From assembly GCA_016748015.1 (NCBI GenBank), contig JAAOMT010000352.1, positions 682,001 through 746,000 on the forward strand: DNA of 64,000 bases, in the 5' to 3' direction. The notes under the pieces were generated by a model. It worked only from the letters and a program-made list of their open reading frames with translations. It did no database searches and had not been told where the DNA came from. Of the stretch, positions 39,116 through 52,041 are shown in pieces. Origin of the DNA: Geosiphon pyriformis uo1. Lineage: Eukaryota; Fungi; Glomeromycota. The stretch's first letter is position 1; each line of letters starts with the position of its first letter. The position numbers were made by a program, and so were the translations under genes.

Positions 39116-40570
39116 CTATTCCACATCCCTAGCCTCTGGGTCCGTATCCTCGTCACCCGATACCTCGGCATTTTCTTTTTCTGCTTGAACAAACATTTCT
39201 GCCAATTCAATATCATCAGTTTCGCTCACAGCTTTTGGCTAAACTCAGTAAAAAAAATCAATATTTTTTTAATAGCTTGAGGAAAAATCAACTAATTTTT
39301 CATACTGACCTTCATTTTCACCGTCAAATTACCATTTGACTTTAGAATAGTCTCTTGAATAGTAGCGATAGCTTTTTCAAGTGTCTCGACACCTATATTC
39401 TTGTCGAGAGCGTTGGTAAGCATAACATATAATGGGGGTGCCACTAATTTTACCTAATGAAAAATTTCATGAATTAAAATTGAGTTTAAATTATAATATA
39501 TTATGGTAAAAATATACTTTAATTTGTATATCCTTTGTTGCGCACGCTTCACCAGCTTTCAAGGCTGCCTTAATGGCATCTATCCCCTCATAACCAAAGC
39601 AGGTAACTTCAATATCTAGGAGTTCAATCAACCTGGAAATAGTTATTAAACATTTATGATCTAACTAACGCTAAATATGGATATTACCTGCGCGTATCTT
39701 AATGGGTTGGGGTGTCAGTCGTCGTTTAATATTGTTCAGTAACTCGGACATAATTTCCGGGGTAACATCCAAGCCCTCAAAAACTTTCTCTGGCTCACTA
39801 AATACCGGGACATAGTTAGTTAACGAATCAGAATGACAGTATTTGATAGACAAGGATGCTCCCTTACGTGATGGCCAACTTAAAGGCTTCATATGCATGC
39901 CCATATTTTTTATATAAAGGCCATGCAATTTCCTTATATAAGTCCTCGAGCACAAGCTCTTGTTTTTCAGCAACATGACGCATTATACTATGAACCTTTA
40001 AAAAGAAGAGATGATTAAGTTATCATATGGATATTAAAGATCAACAAGGAATTGATGATTTTTGATAACCAACAGCTTTGGATTTGTTGAATTTCTCCTC
40101 AGCTTTTGCCACATCTTCGGGTGAGACTCGGCGTTTGGAAAGATCAATATAACCTACAAAATTATCGTTTCAAAATGAGGAATAATGTTTATTAGAATAA
40201 AATCAAAATATGAAAATCATAAAATAATGTTAATTAAGGATAAGCTGCCTTTCTCTTTGTCTACTCTCAATACAACCACAACCTCGTTGCGTCCAACACG
40301 AATATGTTTCTGTATACTCCTGATACGTCGCCTTGACAACTCAGAGAGCAAGATCATTCCCTCAATATTGTCATATTCTAGCTAAATTTCCGTAAAGAAC
40401 AAATTCAAGCAATTGAAGCATAGAAAATATTTACAAAAATCAATTTAAAGTACCAGTTTTACATAAGCCCCCATTTCAGCGATCTGGCGTACATTAACCA
40501 TTACAAGATCATCAATTTCTGGGTATTTTGCTTCGTACATTCGGCATTGTGATTGTTGAAGGTTCGACAT
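39116..40570 (-). CDS. SUI2: Translation initiation factor eIF2 alpha, multi-exon
   Basis: [49 protein letters not shown] (Ser51 motif), [31 protein letters not shown], acidic tail. Confidence 0.97.
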
Positions 40571-40710
40571 GTTAAAGAAAAGAACCGACTAAATTAAGGA
40601 GTGCAAAAAGACCTGGCTTTAAGGATAGATCCACCAAGAGAATGGTAAAGGTATGAAACTTGGGAATTGATAAGACAAAAGTTTCATTCTAATTACTCAT
40701 TATGTGAGAT

Positions 40711-40719
40711 GTGACTCAT
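40711..40719. promoter_or_regulatory. Gcn4-like site GTGACTCAT ~140 bp upstream of SUI2
   Basis: TGACTCA core in the proximal promoter; function untested. Confidence 0.35.
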
Positions 40720-42671
40720 CAAGTTCGGAAATCGTTACTATTAAATGTTTTGGGCTTGAGCTCAATAAATCAAAATTAAATACAAAATTACATTGTTGTT
40801 TTATAAATGTTTCAAAATTTATAAAAAAAACTACTAAAAGCAGACACTTCACTTTAAACAGTAATTATATCTTTATGTTTTTTATGCAAAGCAAAAAAAA
40901 TGTTTAATAAAATAATAACCAAAATAACTAAAATACCAATTGGTTTAACAATAAACTTAATTATAAAAACTAAAACACTCAATTCAAATTTTAAAAAAAC
41001 CAAATAAAAACCAACCAAAAGATCAATAACAATAACAGTTAGAGAACCAACAATAAAAAAATCCAAAAAAGCAGAAGCAAAAACCATAATATAAAATTTA
41101 ATTTTAATAAAAAATGATTTAAAATTTTTATAAAAGACAATAAATTAAAATAAAAACTTAAAAAAGAGAAAATATAATATCTTATAGTTTAAAGTTAGAT
41201 AATTAAAACCTTAATACTTGAAATACTATCAATATTTATGTGTTTTTTACCAAATATAATACTTTTTTAAAATACTAATTTTGATAATAATAATATTTAG
41301 ATTATTTTTAAAACCAAAAGTATTAATTATATATTAAAATTATCTAACAGAATTAAGAAAGTAAAAAATAAAACAAGTTTGATTACTAATTTAAAAAACA
41401 CTTTTTTCTTTCATTCATCCCAAATTTTCAGAAAAGAGTCAAAAGTTTTTGAAAGAAGTTTTTTCACCATTTAGTACAATAAAACCAAACTGTTTTTTGA
41501 TTTCGAGATCACTGTTGGCTCTAGTATTGCTGTCATGAAGAATATTGTTAAAAATTCTGGCTCTAATAAGGACTTCAAACCTGTTTTATTGAGAAAAAAA
41601 AGAAAAAGTGTTGCTTTAAAAGAGGGTATTGGTGACAAAAAAGAGTCTATTCAGATGCTTAATGGTTGTTCATAGAATTTTGAGACTAGTAATACTACTG
41701 AGTCTAATAGTATTAATATAAAGAAAAAATGTCTGGTAGAGGAAACCAGCTTTGACTATAGTAAGAGTGGTGTTTTTGCTAATAGGGGTTCTAATCAGAT
41801 GCCTAAGAGGCCAAATATTAAGACAAAAAAAGCATTGAACAAGCCATTAGGGAAGATTAATTTCTCAAGTCATAATAATAATAATAATAATAATGTTCTC
41901 TTGGATGTTCCTTTGAAACTCCCCCCTCTTTTAAAGAATTTGGTCAATGTTTTTGTTAGAAAAACTTTTACTTTGGATATTGGTCTGAATAAAATAGTTG
42001 GAAAATCTTCTCAAGAAAAATTTACAGTGGTCAGAAAATTATTTTCAGATATTAATGGTTTTGAGAAGACTTTTACTTCCTTAAAATTTTTTGGGATTAT
42101 TTGAACAACATTTACTTCCAAAGTGAATTTAATAAAAGTTACTAAAAAGGCTATCAGTGTAAAAATCTTAGTAAATACTGATCTCAAAAAATTTACTGGA
42201 CATTCAGATCAAGCTGTGGTGTTAAAAAAAATTCCAGTTGGAACATTAACTGAGACTGTGCATGCTGTATTAGCCAAATATAGTATAATAGTGTTAATCA
42301 AGATACAATTGGTGAGTTTATGACAAAAAGCTGTAGTCAAATTTGGTAAAATTGAACAAGCTGATTTGGTTACAGCTTGTTGGTCTATTCTGGTTAGGAA
42401 AGATGCTGTATATATGGCCAGAGCTGATTAGGTTAAGGAATCATGGGATGCAAGAAATTATTATAGAGCACTGTTCTATACTCTGCCAATGGGAATGAAT
42501 GCTCATGATATTTGGGATTTTATTGGTTCTGTGAATGGGAAAACATGTGCAATTGATTGCCATCCAATTATGTATGCTCAGACCAGATGTGTTGTTGTGT
42601 GTTTTGAATTAGCCAAATCCTTGGATGCTGTTATGAACATTACTCCAGTTTTGAAGAGTGTGAATATACAT

Positions 42672-43758
42672 TGTTACTTGAGTAAAAAAACCAATCCAAA
42701 GTTATGAAAAAATGTAACCAAAACATAACATAATACAGAATAGTGCACAATAACATTGGATAACATATTATAACATAAAATAACATGTTATAACACAGGA
42801 TAACACAAAATAGTGTGCAATAACATTGGATAAACACATTATAGCGTAAGATAATGTGTTATAACACAGGATAACACAGAATAACATGTAATAATATCAG
42901 ATAACATATTATAACATAAGATAACTAGCAATAATGTAGAAAAACAAAGCAATAACAGAAATAACAAAACAATAGCTAGCAATAGCGAGACAATTGAAAG
43001 CAATCCTGTAAAACCAAAAGAATGTATAAAAGCAAGTAGTTATAAAAATTAAAAAAACAGACAGATAGATTCAAACTTTTAGACAAAAATCAAATATCCA
43101 TACCCCTTTATTATTTATTATCTTCCTTATTTTGTCTTCTGAAATAAACCAATTATTAAAGAAATTAGAATCATGAATTTATGTTCTCGAACTTCATAGA
43201 ATTTACATGAATTAACTCTTGTCTTATACCTTTATTCTAGGACAGATGCTCTTAGCATAACCACTTCAAACTATTAACAATTTGGACCAATCGCTCTTGA
43301 TCACAGTAATTGATGATACTAATTTATTTTTTCTTTCTTTTCTTTTCTTTTCTTTTCTTTTTCTTTCTTATTTTTTTGTGGAATAGCAACATAGTAAAAT
43401 TGACTGTCTGGAAATAGACTTCGTGATAGTCTGGTAAAAAAAGGAAGCTCCTCTTAAGTTTTGGATATTAACATTATCTTGTTAGCTTACCAGAAGGGTG
43501 AAAAGACAATGTCAGACCCTAACAACTACACTCGTTAGCTCAGAGAAGAAAGCTCATATTTACAGAAAATGTTGCAATCGACGAAAAACAAACTCTGTGC
43601 TTTATAACCAAAGAACTCAACAAGTAAAATCACATCTAAGAATAGATCTTCAGAGACTGATAATCAAGACTAAGCCAATAGAATTATGCAGAAAATGCAT
43701 CATTAATAATTGAAAGCACCAAACATTATCATTTTTCATACCAAGTTTACCTGTAATA
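42672..43758 (+). repeat. 5' LTR of element C
   Basis: TGTTAC...TGTAATA termini; direct repeat of 50277-51373; internal ATAAC/GATAA tandem array. Confidence 0.93.
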
Positions 43759-43819
43759 TTTGGTGCTCTCTGTGAGGTTATAAATTCACAGAGACAGAGC
43801 ATCCCAGAGATACACAAAA

Positions 43820-46800
43820 GTGGCAACTATTGGAACAATAGAAAAAGACCATTCCTCATATGGAAGAGCACTATTTCAATATTTTTGAAAAAATCTAGGA
43901 ATACCAGCAGAAACTACCATCACAGAAAGTGACTTTTGCAACTATATCAATGCAAAAATCAACTGCTTGTTAAGCCGTGCAACTGACACAGAAAGACTTG
44001 GAAAACAAATCCATCAAAACTTATTAAGATACTGAACAACTATCACTACTCAAGTAATTGCTGAAACTCTACGCATAGTCAATACAGACATTAAACACTA
44101 TGTAACAAAATGATTTCTTCAAGTATAACAACCAATAGAATCCAATCTGGAGGGATATGAGTACAGATTCAATAATCTTACAACTGTCCAAGACAAATCC
44201 ACAGTCAACAAAAAACCAAGGATCTTCTCCCCAACAACTCTATCATACTATTAAACACCCTAAAATAGAATTGTATTTAACCCACCCCCAGAAACCCAGT
44301 CAGAAATACCACAAACTTCTGGAAATTTACACTCTTAAAATCAACACAATTGGACCAAATCATTAAGAAAATACGGATTGCTGTTTGAAAATCTTACCCC
44401 AACAGCCGGTCAAACAGAAGAAAACATGTCAACTTGGGAACAACCACTAACAACTAGGATGATAACAAAGCTATTCAAGTGCTGTCATTCTTTCTAACCA
44501 GAACTGCCAATTTGTGGTACCAAAGCCTTGCAGAAAAGCCTACCTTTTTTACAGAGTTTAAACTTGTATTTCTGTAATACTTCTGTGACTCTAATACACT
44601 CATCCAATTGCAAAATCAATTCAGTATAATAAAACAAAATGACCATGAAGCAGTAACTACTTATCTTGGAAGATTCAATCAGGTCCTTCGACAAATCCTA
44701 GCCATCGAGCAGAATTATTATACCACCATACAAGTCCTCAATCAATTCATTAAAGAACTAAAAAGCAGCCTTCTAAGATCTGTACAACCTCACCATCTGG
44801 CAAACCTACAAGAAACAGTTACTCTTACTTGTGATTTTGAGTTGGCTGAGCAAGAAGCGAATTATACTCAAGCTGTTAATTTAACCATCAATAGAACCTC
44901 TGACATCAATGCAAAAATAACCCAATTAAGTGAGAAATTAACTCAGAAAATTTAAGAATTTATCAACCACCACAATGGAGAGAAAATAACAACAACAGCA
45001 AATACCCACAGCAACAAAATCATTAGCAACAGCAACAACTTTGGAGATCTGATCTCCACAACTGTTACTACTGCCAAAAACCAGGACACATTGTCTGTAA
45101 CTACAGAAAAAAGATAATGAACCAAAATTAAGGAAACCAATACCAGCAACCAAGATATTAGTAAAACACAGTATTCCAATATTCCATATCTCAAAATCAA
45201 CCACTCCAGTATGCATAACAAGTCCCGTACACTCAACCACCACCCTGGAATTATTATCAACTATTACCAATAACACAAGCAATCTCTCACTATCAAACTC
45301 CTTCTTGCAGCCAGCCCAGACCTCAAGCCATAGACTATAATCAGAGATAGAGGAATTCCAACAACAATCAGACACAAACCAACAGTGAACCGTCTTAACC
45401 AATCCCTTGTGGTTTTGCCCAATCTTGATTGACACCAATCAGATACCCGAATCAAGCTTTCTACTTCAATTTCACAGAAGATCAGAGTTTTGATAAATCT
45501 ACATCCATGGAAGAAAAGGATGTAAAGCAAACCTCCAAACCTTCCAAGCAAACAAAAAGCAATATTCCACCAGTCATTATTACCAAGAACACCACCTTAG
45601 CCATGATATTTTCATTTGACATCAATAATTTGAACACCTATAGCCTTTTTAGTAGAGCAGCCATCAATGAGAATAAACCAATAATGGCCTTATACACTAA
45701 TGCCAGAGTCAGAGGAATAGACATTAAATTAATCCTGAATAGCGGATCAGCCAGTAGCATAATTACAAAGCAGCTCATGGACCAACTAGATTGCCGAATA
45801 GACCATGCTACTACTGCTCAGATCATTACAGCAAATGGAAACACAAAAATTCCGATAGGAGAAATTGACAACTTCTCCTTTGAAATTAATGGAATCCAGA
45901 TCCCTATTAAAGTATTCATCATGAAAACTACTCAATATCAAACTCTGGTAGAAAATGATTGGTTGTCAAAAGCCAATGCTACTCTCGACTGGAACACCCA
46001 AAAACTTCAACTCATGTTTAATAAACAGTATGTCTGAGTCCTAGCTATGTGCAGATACTTCAAAACCCAACATACTAAGGAACCCTTTATTGAATTCGAA
46101 GACACACCACTACTACTGACCATCGAGATCTATTAGGTTTCATGGGCAGATGACTATCGAACTGAACTACTCCCACCACTAACCTGGGAAAAAAAAGGAA
46201 AAGACAAAGCTGAAAAAGAGCCCCAATCATTATCAATAGGATACATAACCTTGGACCAAAGAAATCTATTTTACCAACCTCTAAGACTAATATGTGTCGA
46301 TTGTAGAAAAAAGCTATCCACTATGGATGCATGTATTGGAGACAACAAAGAATGGCCCACTGCCACCAAATACTACTGCAGACCTTGTTTACTGGAAAGA
46401 TTTGGATGACCAAAACAACAAGACAAGTAAAACAACATGCCATGCCTCACATGTGACAAGATCTTGTCTGATAAAGGACTCTGGAATGATGTGTCTAACA
46501 GAGGAGGAACATGCAATGAGGCTTGTCAATACATCATATTAATTAACAATTGGATATAAAAGGAAACCTCCATCAAAGACACTTGGAAACAAGCACTCAA
46601 TAGGCTGGATGGTTATCCACATGATAACCACAAAATCTGAAGAATGGCAAGCACCAAAGCTAAAGGCACCATGCCCAAAAAGATATGAGAAATCAAGAAC
46701 AACTCTTGGATGCCTGAATATAATAGACCCAACTACCCCGTGGATGATTTCTTCACAGATAACTCAAATGTATTTCAGAACTAATATCAGGAATTGGCCC

Positions 46801-49316
46801 CAACTCATAAAGAACAAGAGCAAAGATTGGCCAATTTGAATACCAAACTGTGATTATTGTTTGATTCTCTGTCACTTTCAGTACTGTGACAAATGTGATC
46901 TCATGTTTAATCCACCTCCAAGAATACTGTTTCCAATCACTGAACTACCTGAGTCCAAAGAAAAAGAGGTATTAATCACTGAGGACATGTCGTTTTAAGA
47001 TTCAACTAAGGATACCGAAACAGAACAGTACCTCGCATATCTCAATCTATTCAAAAAACTGGAGCTAAAATGGTACAGTAACAACAAGGAAGAAATCTGC
47101 TCCAAAAGAGCACATAACACTGATGCCAGTTTTGATCTATGATACTCTGGACAATTACTCATTATTATAGCCCCACATTCCCTTGTAAAAATAGATCTTA
47201 AGATAGCATTAGAAATTCTTGTTAGTACAATAGTACAAGTTGCCTCTCGATTTAGTCTAGCCAAAAAAGGAATTGATGTAAAATAAGGAATCATCAATGC
47301 TAATTACACAGGAAACATCATCGTGATGCTACAGAACAATTCAAGTAGACCCTACAAAATAGAATCACAAGAAAAGATTGCCCAGACTATCTTTCTATCT
47401 CTAGTCAAAATACCCCAATTGACTCCAGTAACAACCCAAGAAGAATTAGACCTTACTGCCTGAGGAATCAATGGGTTTGAATCAAGTGGAAGAGAAAATG
47501 TACCAGTTAATTTCATGGAGGAAGACAGTGACCAGATAGAATTTATTTATACCAACACTGTTATTTCCATTCCCTTATACCAACAATACACTCTCAAGAT
47601 GAATCGAAAAATCCAAGATCAAGCCCTGTTATTTGAAGCCAGTTTTGAAATCTGTTCTTTAGCCAATGTTGCTAATCTATACCTACTGGCCAAAGCCCAT
47701 AAACACTTCAAAATTCCCATCCATAACCTGACAGAAGATTTTATTGAAATCTCTGAAGGGACTCTCATTGGTTCCATATCCACAGATATTCAGAATCCTA
47801 AAAAACTCCAGTCCATTCTAGACTTCGCACAATTATTTTTATTCTGCAACATTACCTCACAAGTATGAAATTTGCCAAAAGAAAATTACTTGCTCACACC
47901 AGAAGAGATCAATAAATTGAATTTAGGAAATTTAAGTACTTTACAACAAATGCAACTCAAAGTCTTTCTGAATCAGTATGCTGATGTCTTTGTCAGCGAA
48001 AATGAGTTTGGATGCACTGACATCATAAAGCATCAGATTGATACAGAAGATGCTTGACCGATTAAGCAATGAGCTTACCACATACTCCCATCTGGCAATA
48101 ATTGGATTAAACAGGAAGTACAATGAATGCTTAACAATGAACTGATTAAAAAATCATTAAGCCTTTGGTTCTCTCCAATAGTATTAGTTACAAAGAAGAA
48201 TAGAAAAGTATGATTCTGCATAGATTACCAAAAACTAAATAGTGTTACATGAAAAGATAGTTATCCCACTCCCCTCATTCAAGAAATTCTGGACAATCTA
48301 GGAAAAAAGAAATGGTTCTTGTCATTAGATCTAGCAAGTGGTTATTGGCAAGTTAAAATGGACCCCAAAGACAAAAAAAAAACAGCGTTTACCACTCGAG
48401 ATGGAAACTTCGAGTTTAACATAATGCCTTTTGGACTCTGCAATGCTCCTGCCACATTCCAATGCCTCATGAATATTGTATACAAAGAAATCCTGTGGAA
48501 ATCAGTCATAGTATATCTAGACAACACCAATGTCTTTTCTAAAACATTTGATGAACATTTGCTCCACTTGCAACAAATCTTCAAATGCCTTCAAGATGCT
48601 GGATTGAAACTAAATTCTGATAAATGCTTCTTCAAGAAAACCAAACTGAAATTTTTAGGACATGTGATTGGCAAAGACAAAGTAAAACTGATCCAGACAA
48701 AATCCAAAAGGTCAAAAATTTTCCAGCCCCAATCAACCTATGAGAGCTATGAAGATTTTTAGGATTGACTGGATACTACCACTAATTTGTCAAAGGATTC
48801 TCAACTATCACAAAACTTCTTCATCACTTGTTGTCCAAATACATGCCACACCTGTGGAAAGAAGAGCAACAAAAGGCCTTCAACTATCTTAAACAGCAAT
48901 TAATTACATCTCCAATACTGATCTATCTCAATTTCATCAAACAATTTATTGTCGCTACAGATGCATCAAAGAATGCACTAGGAGCTGTATTATTACAAAT
49001 AAAACTGAACAGAAGAGAACATTCAATTGCCTATGCCAGTTGCAGTACCAGCCCAGCAGAAAAAATATATAGCACAACAGATTTGAAATGCCTCACCATT
49101 TATTGGGCCATACAGACTTGGAAACATTACCTCAGTCAACTATTTGACCTATATACCAACCACAAAGGACTTATTTGGTTATTCAACAATCCACAACTAA
49201 AAAGAAAATATGTGAAATAGAGTACTTATCTGCAACAATTCCCACTCAAAGTTCATTACAAGAAAGGATCCAAGAACACCAATGCCAACAATTTGTTGAG
49301 GATGCCACAAACCTAA
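43820..49316 (+). pseudogene. Element C gag-PR-Cys-rich-dUTPase-RT-RNase H (start approximate)
   Basis: Gag ORF at 44608; CYYCQKPGH at ~45063; protease LILNSGSASS; dUTPase at ~47100-47490; RT LDLASGYWQV...MPFGLCNAPATFQ...YLDN; RNase H VATDAS; stop at 49314-49316. Confidence 0.9.
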
Positions 49317-49527
49317 TTTCAGATCCATGGACACACTCACTTATTAATGACTACATTAGTACCTGTCAACACTACGTTTCAAGAAGATATTATCTCAACA
49401 GAAACAAAGTACCATACAAAAACAAGCCTGAAATTATTTTATTCAAGACAACATACAGCAAATTAAATTGGGAAATTCAAATATATATAGCATTTGAAAA
49501 GCAGCAAGAAACAATAGAAATTTCAAC

Positions 49528-50262
49528 ATGGACTTTTCAGATCAAATTTTAAAATTATCTAAACAATTATTTGAAACAATTCAAAAATCTCCTGCTCAAA
49601 TAGAAATAACAATTAATAAAAAAGAGATATGGTACAAAAATAAGAGCAGAAGAAAAGAGGACAAGAGTTCAATTAGAACTAAATGTTTCCTTTCTTACCT
49701 ACCACTCGAAAGACAATGTTAGAAGAAAAATTGCCTTCAGATGGGAAGTGGAGAAGAAAGAGGCAAAGAACGAAAAAAAAGTTACAAAAGAAGATACTTA
49801 GTTCCTGAGCTCAAAGAAATAAAAGAAGCTTTAGCTCGTGAAACCAAACTCCCCAAAACAGGGGAGTGGACACCTAATAATGCCTAGGAATGGAAAAAAA
49901 GACTTCCTTCAGCATATTGGTTCTACAAAATTGGAGAACAGCTTGACTTAAAAACACCATATAAAAACCTCAGCCAGAAAACATTCAACAAAGAAGCAAT
50001 ACAACAAGTAGAAAAGTTTGTAGAGAAAAACAACCTGACCCTACATTACAAAGCAGTATACCGACTATATGTCACTTTCCAATATTGTCCAAACATACTG
50101 TTATATGAATCAATAAAGATGATAATAATTAACAACATAAGACAAATTACCAATTGACAGTTCGAAGACCTATGAAAAACAATACTCGACGCAATCATTG
50201 AACATTACACAAACGAAAACATAAGAACAAATACATACGATTTTGCAAGAGCTCAATTTTAA
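49528..50262 (+). pseudogene. Element C ORF3, unknown accessory protein
   Basis: 245-codon single frame with a few revertible stops; VEKFVEKNNLT...AVYRLYVTFQYCPNILL matches B; ends DFARAQF-stop. Confidence 0.75.
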
Positions 50263-50276
50263 AAAAAGAGAGATAA

Positions 50277-51373
50277 TATTACTTGAATAGAAAAACCAAT
50301 CCAAAGTTATGAAGAAACATAACCAAAATGTGACCAAAACATGACATAACACAGAATAGCATGCAATAATGTTGGATAATGCGTTATAACATAAGATAAT
50401 GTGTTATAATGCAGGATAACACAAAATAGTGTACAATAACATTAGATAAATGTGTTATAATGTAAGATAACATGTTATAATGCAGGATAACACAGAATAA
50501 CATGTAATAACATCAGATAATGTGTTATAACATAGAATAACTAGCAATAATGTAGAAAAACAAAGCAATAACAGAAATAACAAAGCAATAGCTAACAATA
50601 GCAAGACAATTGAAAGCAATCCTGTAAAACCAAAAGAATATATAAAAGCAAGTAGTTGTAGAAGTTAGAAAAACAGACAGATAAATACAAACCTCTAGAC
50701 AAGAATCAAATATCCATACCCTTTTATCATTTATTATCTTCCCTATTTTGTCTTCTGAAATAAACCAATTATTAAAGAAATCAGAATCATGAATTTATGT
50801 TCTTGAACTTTATAGAATTTACGTAAATTAACTCTTGTCTCATACCTTCATTCTAGGACAGATGCTCTTAACATAACTCTCTTAAACTATTAACAATTTG
50901 AACCAATTGCTCTTGATCACAGTAATTGACAGTACTAATTTATTTTTTCTTTCTTTTCTTTTCTTTTCTTTTTCTTTCTTATTTTTTTGTGGAGTGGCAA
51001 TATAGTAAAATTAACTGTCTGGGAATAGACTTCATGATAGCCTGGTAAAAGAGGGAAGCTTCCTCTAAGTTTTGGATATTAACATTATCTTGTTAGCTTA
51101 CCAGAAGGGCAAAAAGACAATGCCAGACCCTAATGACTGCACTTGTTAACTCAGAGAAAAAAGCTTACATTTATGGAAAACATTGCAATCAATGAAAGAC
51201 AAACTCTGTGCCTTATAACCAAAGAACTCAACAGATAAAATCACATCCAGGAATAGACTTTTAGAGACTGATAATTAAGACTAAGCCAACAGAATTACGC
51301 AGAAGACACATTATTAATAATTAAGAACACTAAATGTTATTATTTCCTATACCCACCAAGTTTACCCATAACA
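50277..51373 (+). repeat. 3' LTR of element C
   Basis: Direct repeat of 42672-43758. Confidence 0.93.
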
Positions 51374-52041
51374 GCATTGGTCTCGTTTGGGTTTTTCTAA
51401 ATGTGCTAAGTATGGGAAAATAGGTTATACATTATTGAGTTGTTCTGTAAGAAGAAATCTCTCCTTTGAGAGATCTTCTCATAGAACACTTTCAAACATA
51501 GATAAAAACAGACTGGCTACCATTTATACTAAGCGTTTGGCTTTTGTTGCTTGTCCTGTTGCTTTTGGTGGAGTTTCTTAGACAAAGATAGCTGGTAGAT
51601 CTTTGTTTTTTTCTTTTTCTGTGTGAAATAGTTTGGTCAACTTTGGCTTTTTTTTGGAGATGAAACCTACTCTTTCTGTTACAATAGACATTAAAAAAAA
51701 TTTGCTGTTTTGGAGAGCAGTCTTACCAGCCTTGCAGAACAAATTAGTGAGTTGGCTAAGAGGTTAAACTTACTCATGCTGGCAGTTTCCCAGTCTAGTC
51801 CTGGATGTCAGCTGTCGGTGACCCCCTTATTACAAAATCAAGTGGGTGATATAGTGATGAGAGAGAGTTCAAGTGGAACCACAGATGATAAAACTGTTGG
51901 AAATTTGGACTTTTCTGTCTCTTCTGAGGTGAAAAGACTGGAAAATATGCTGAAAAAACTTTCTGCTTTGGTTTTGAGTCTGACAGCAAGATTTGATGGT
52001 TCAATTTTGGCTGGTAATGTATCTCTTAAACCCTCTTCTCA

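Larger units (their letters stand above)
42672..51373 (+). mobile_element. Gypsy LTR retrotransposon C with the integrase core deleted
   Basis: Paired ~1.09 kb LTRs; TSD ACAT/GCAT (one transition); PBS TGGTGCTCTCTGTGAGG at 43761; PPT at 50261-50276. Confidence 0.93.

Noticed and set aside
42715-43000. CRISPR-like periodic repeats here and in B-family LTRs
   Set aside because: No unique spacers, no cas genes, eukaryotic context; they are tandem arrays duplicated inside LTRs.
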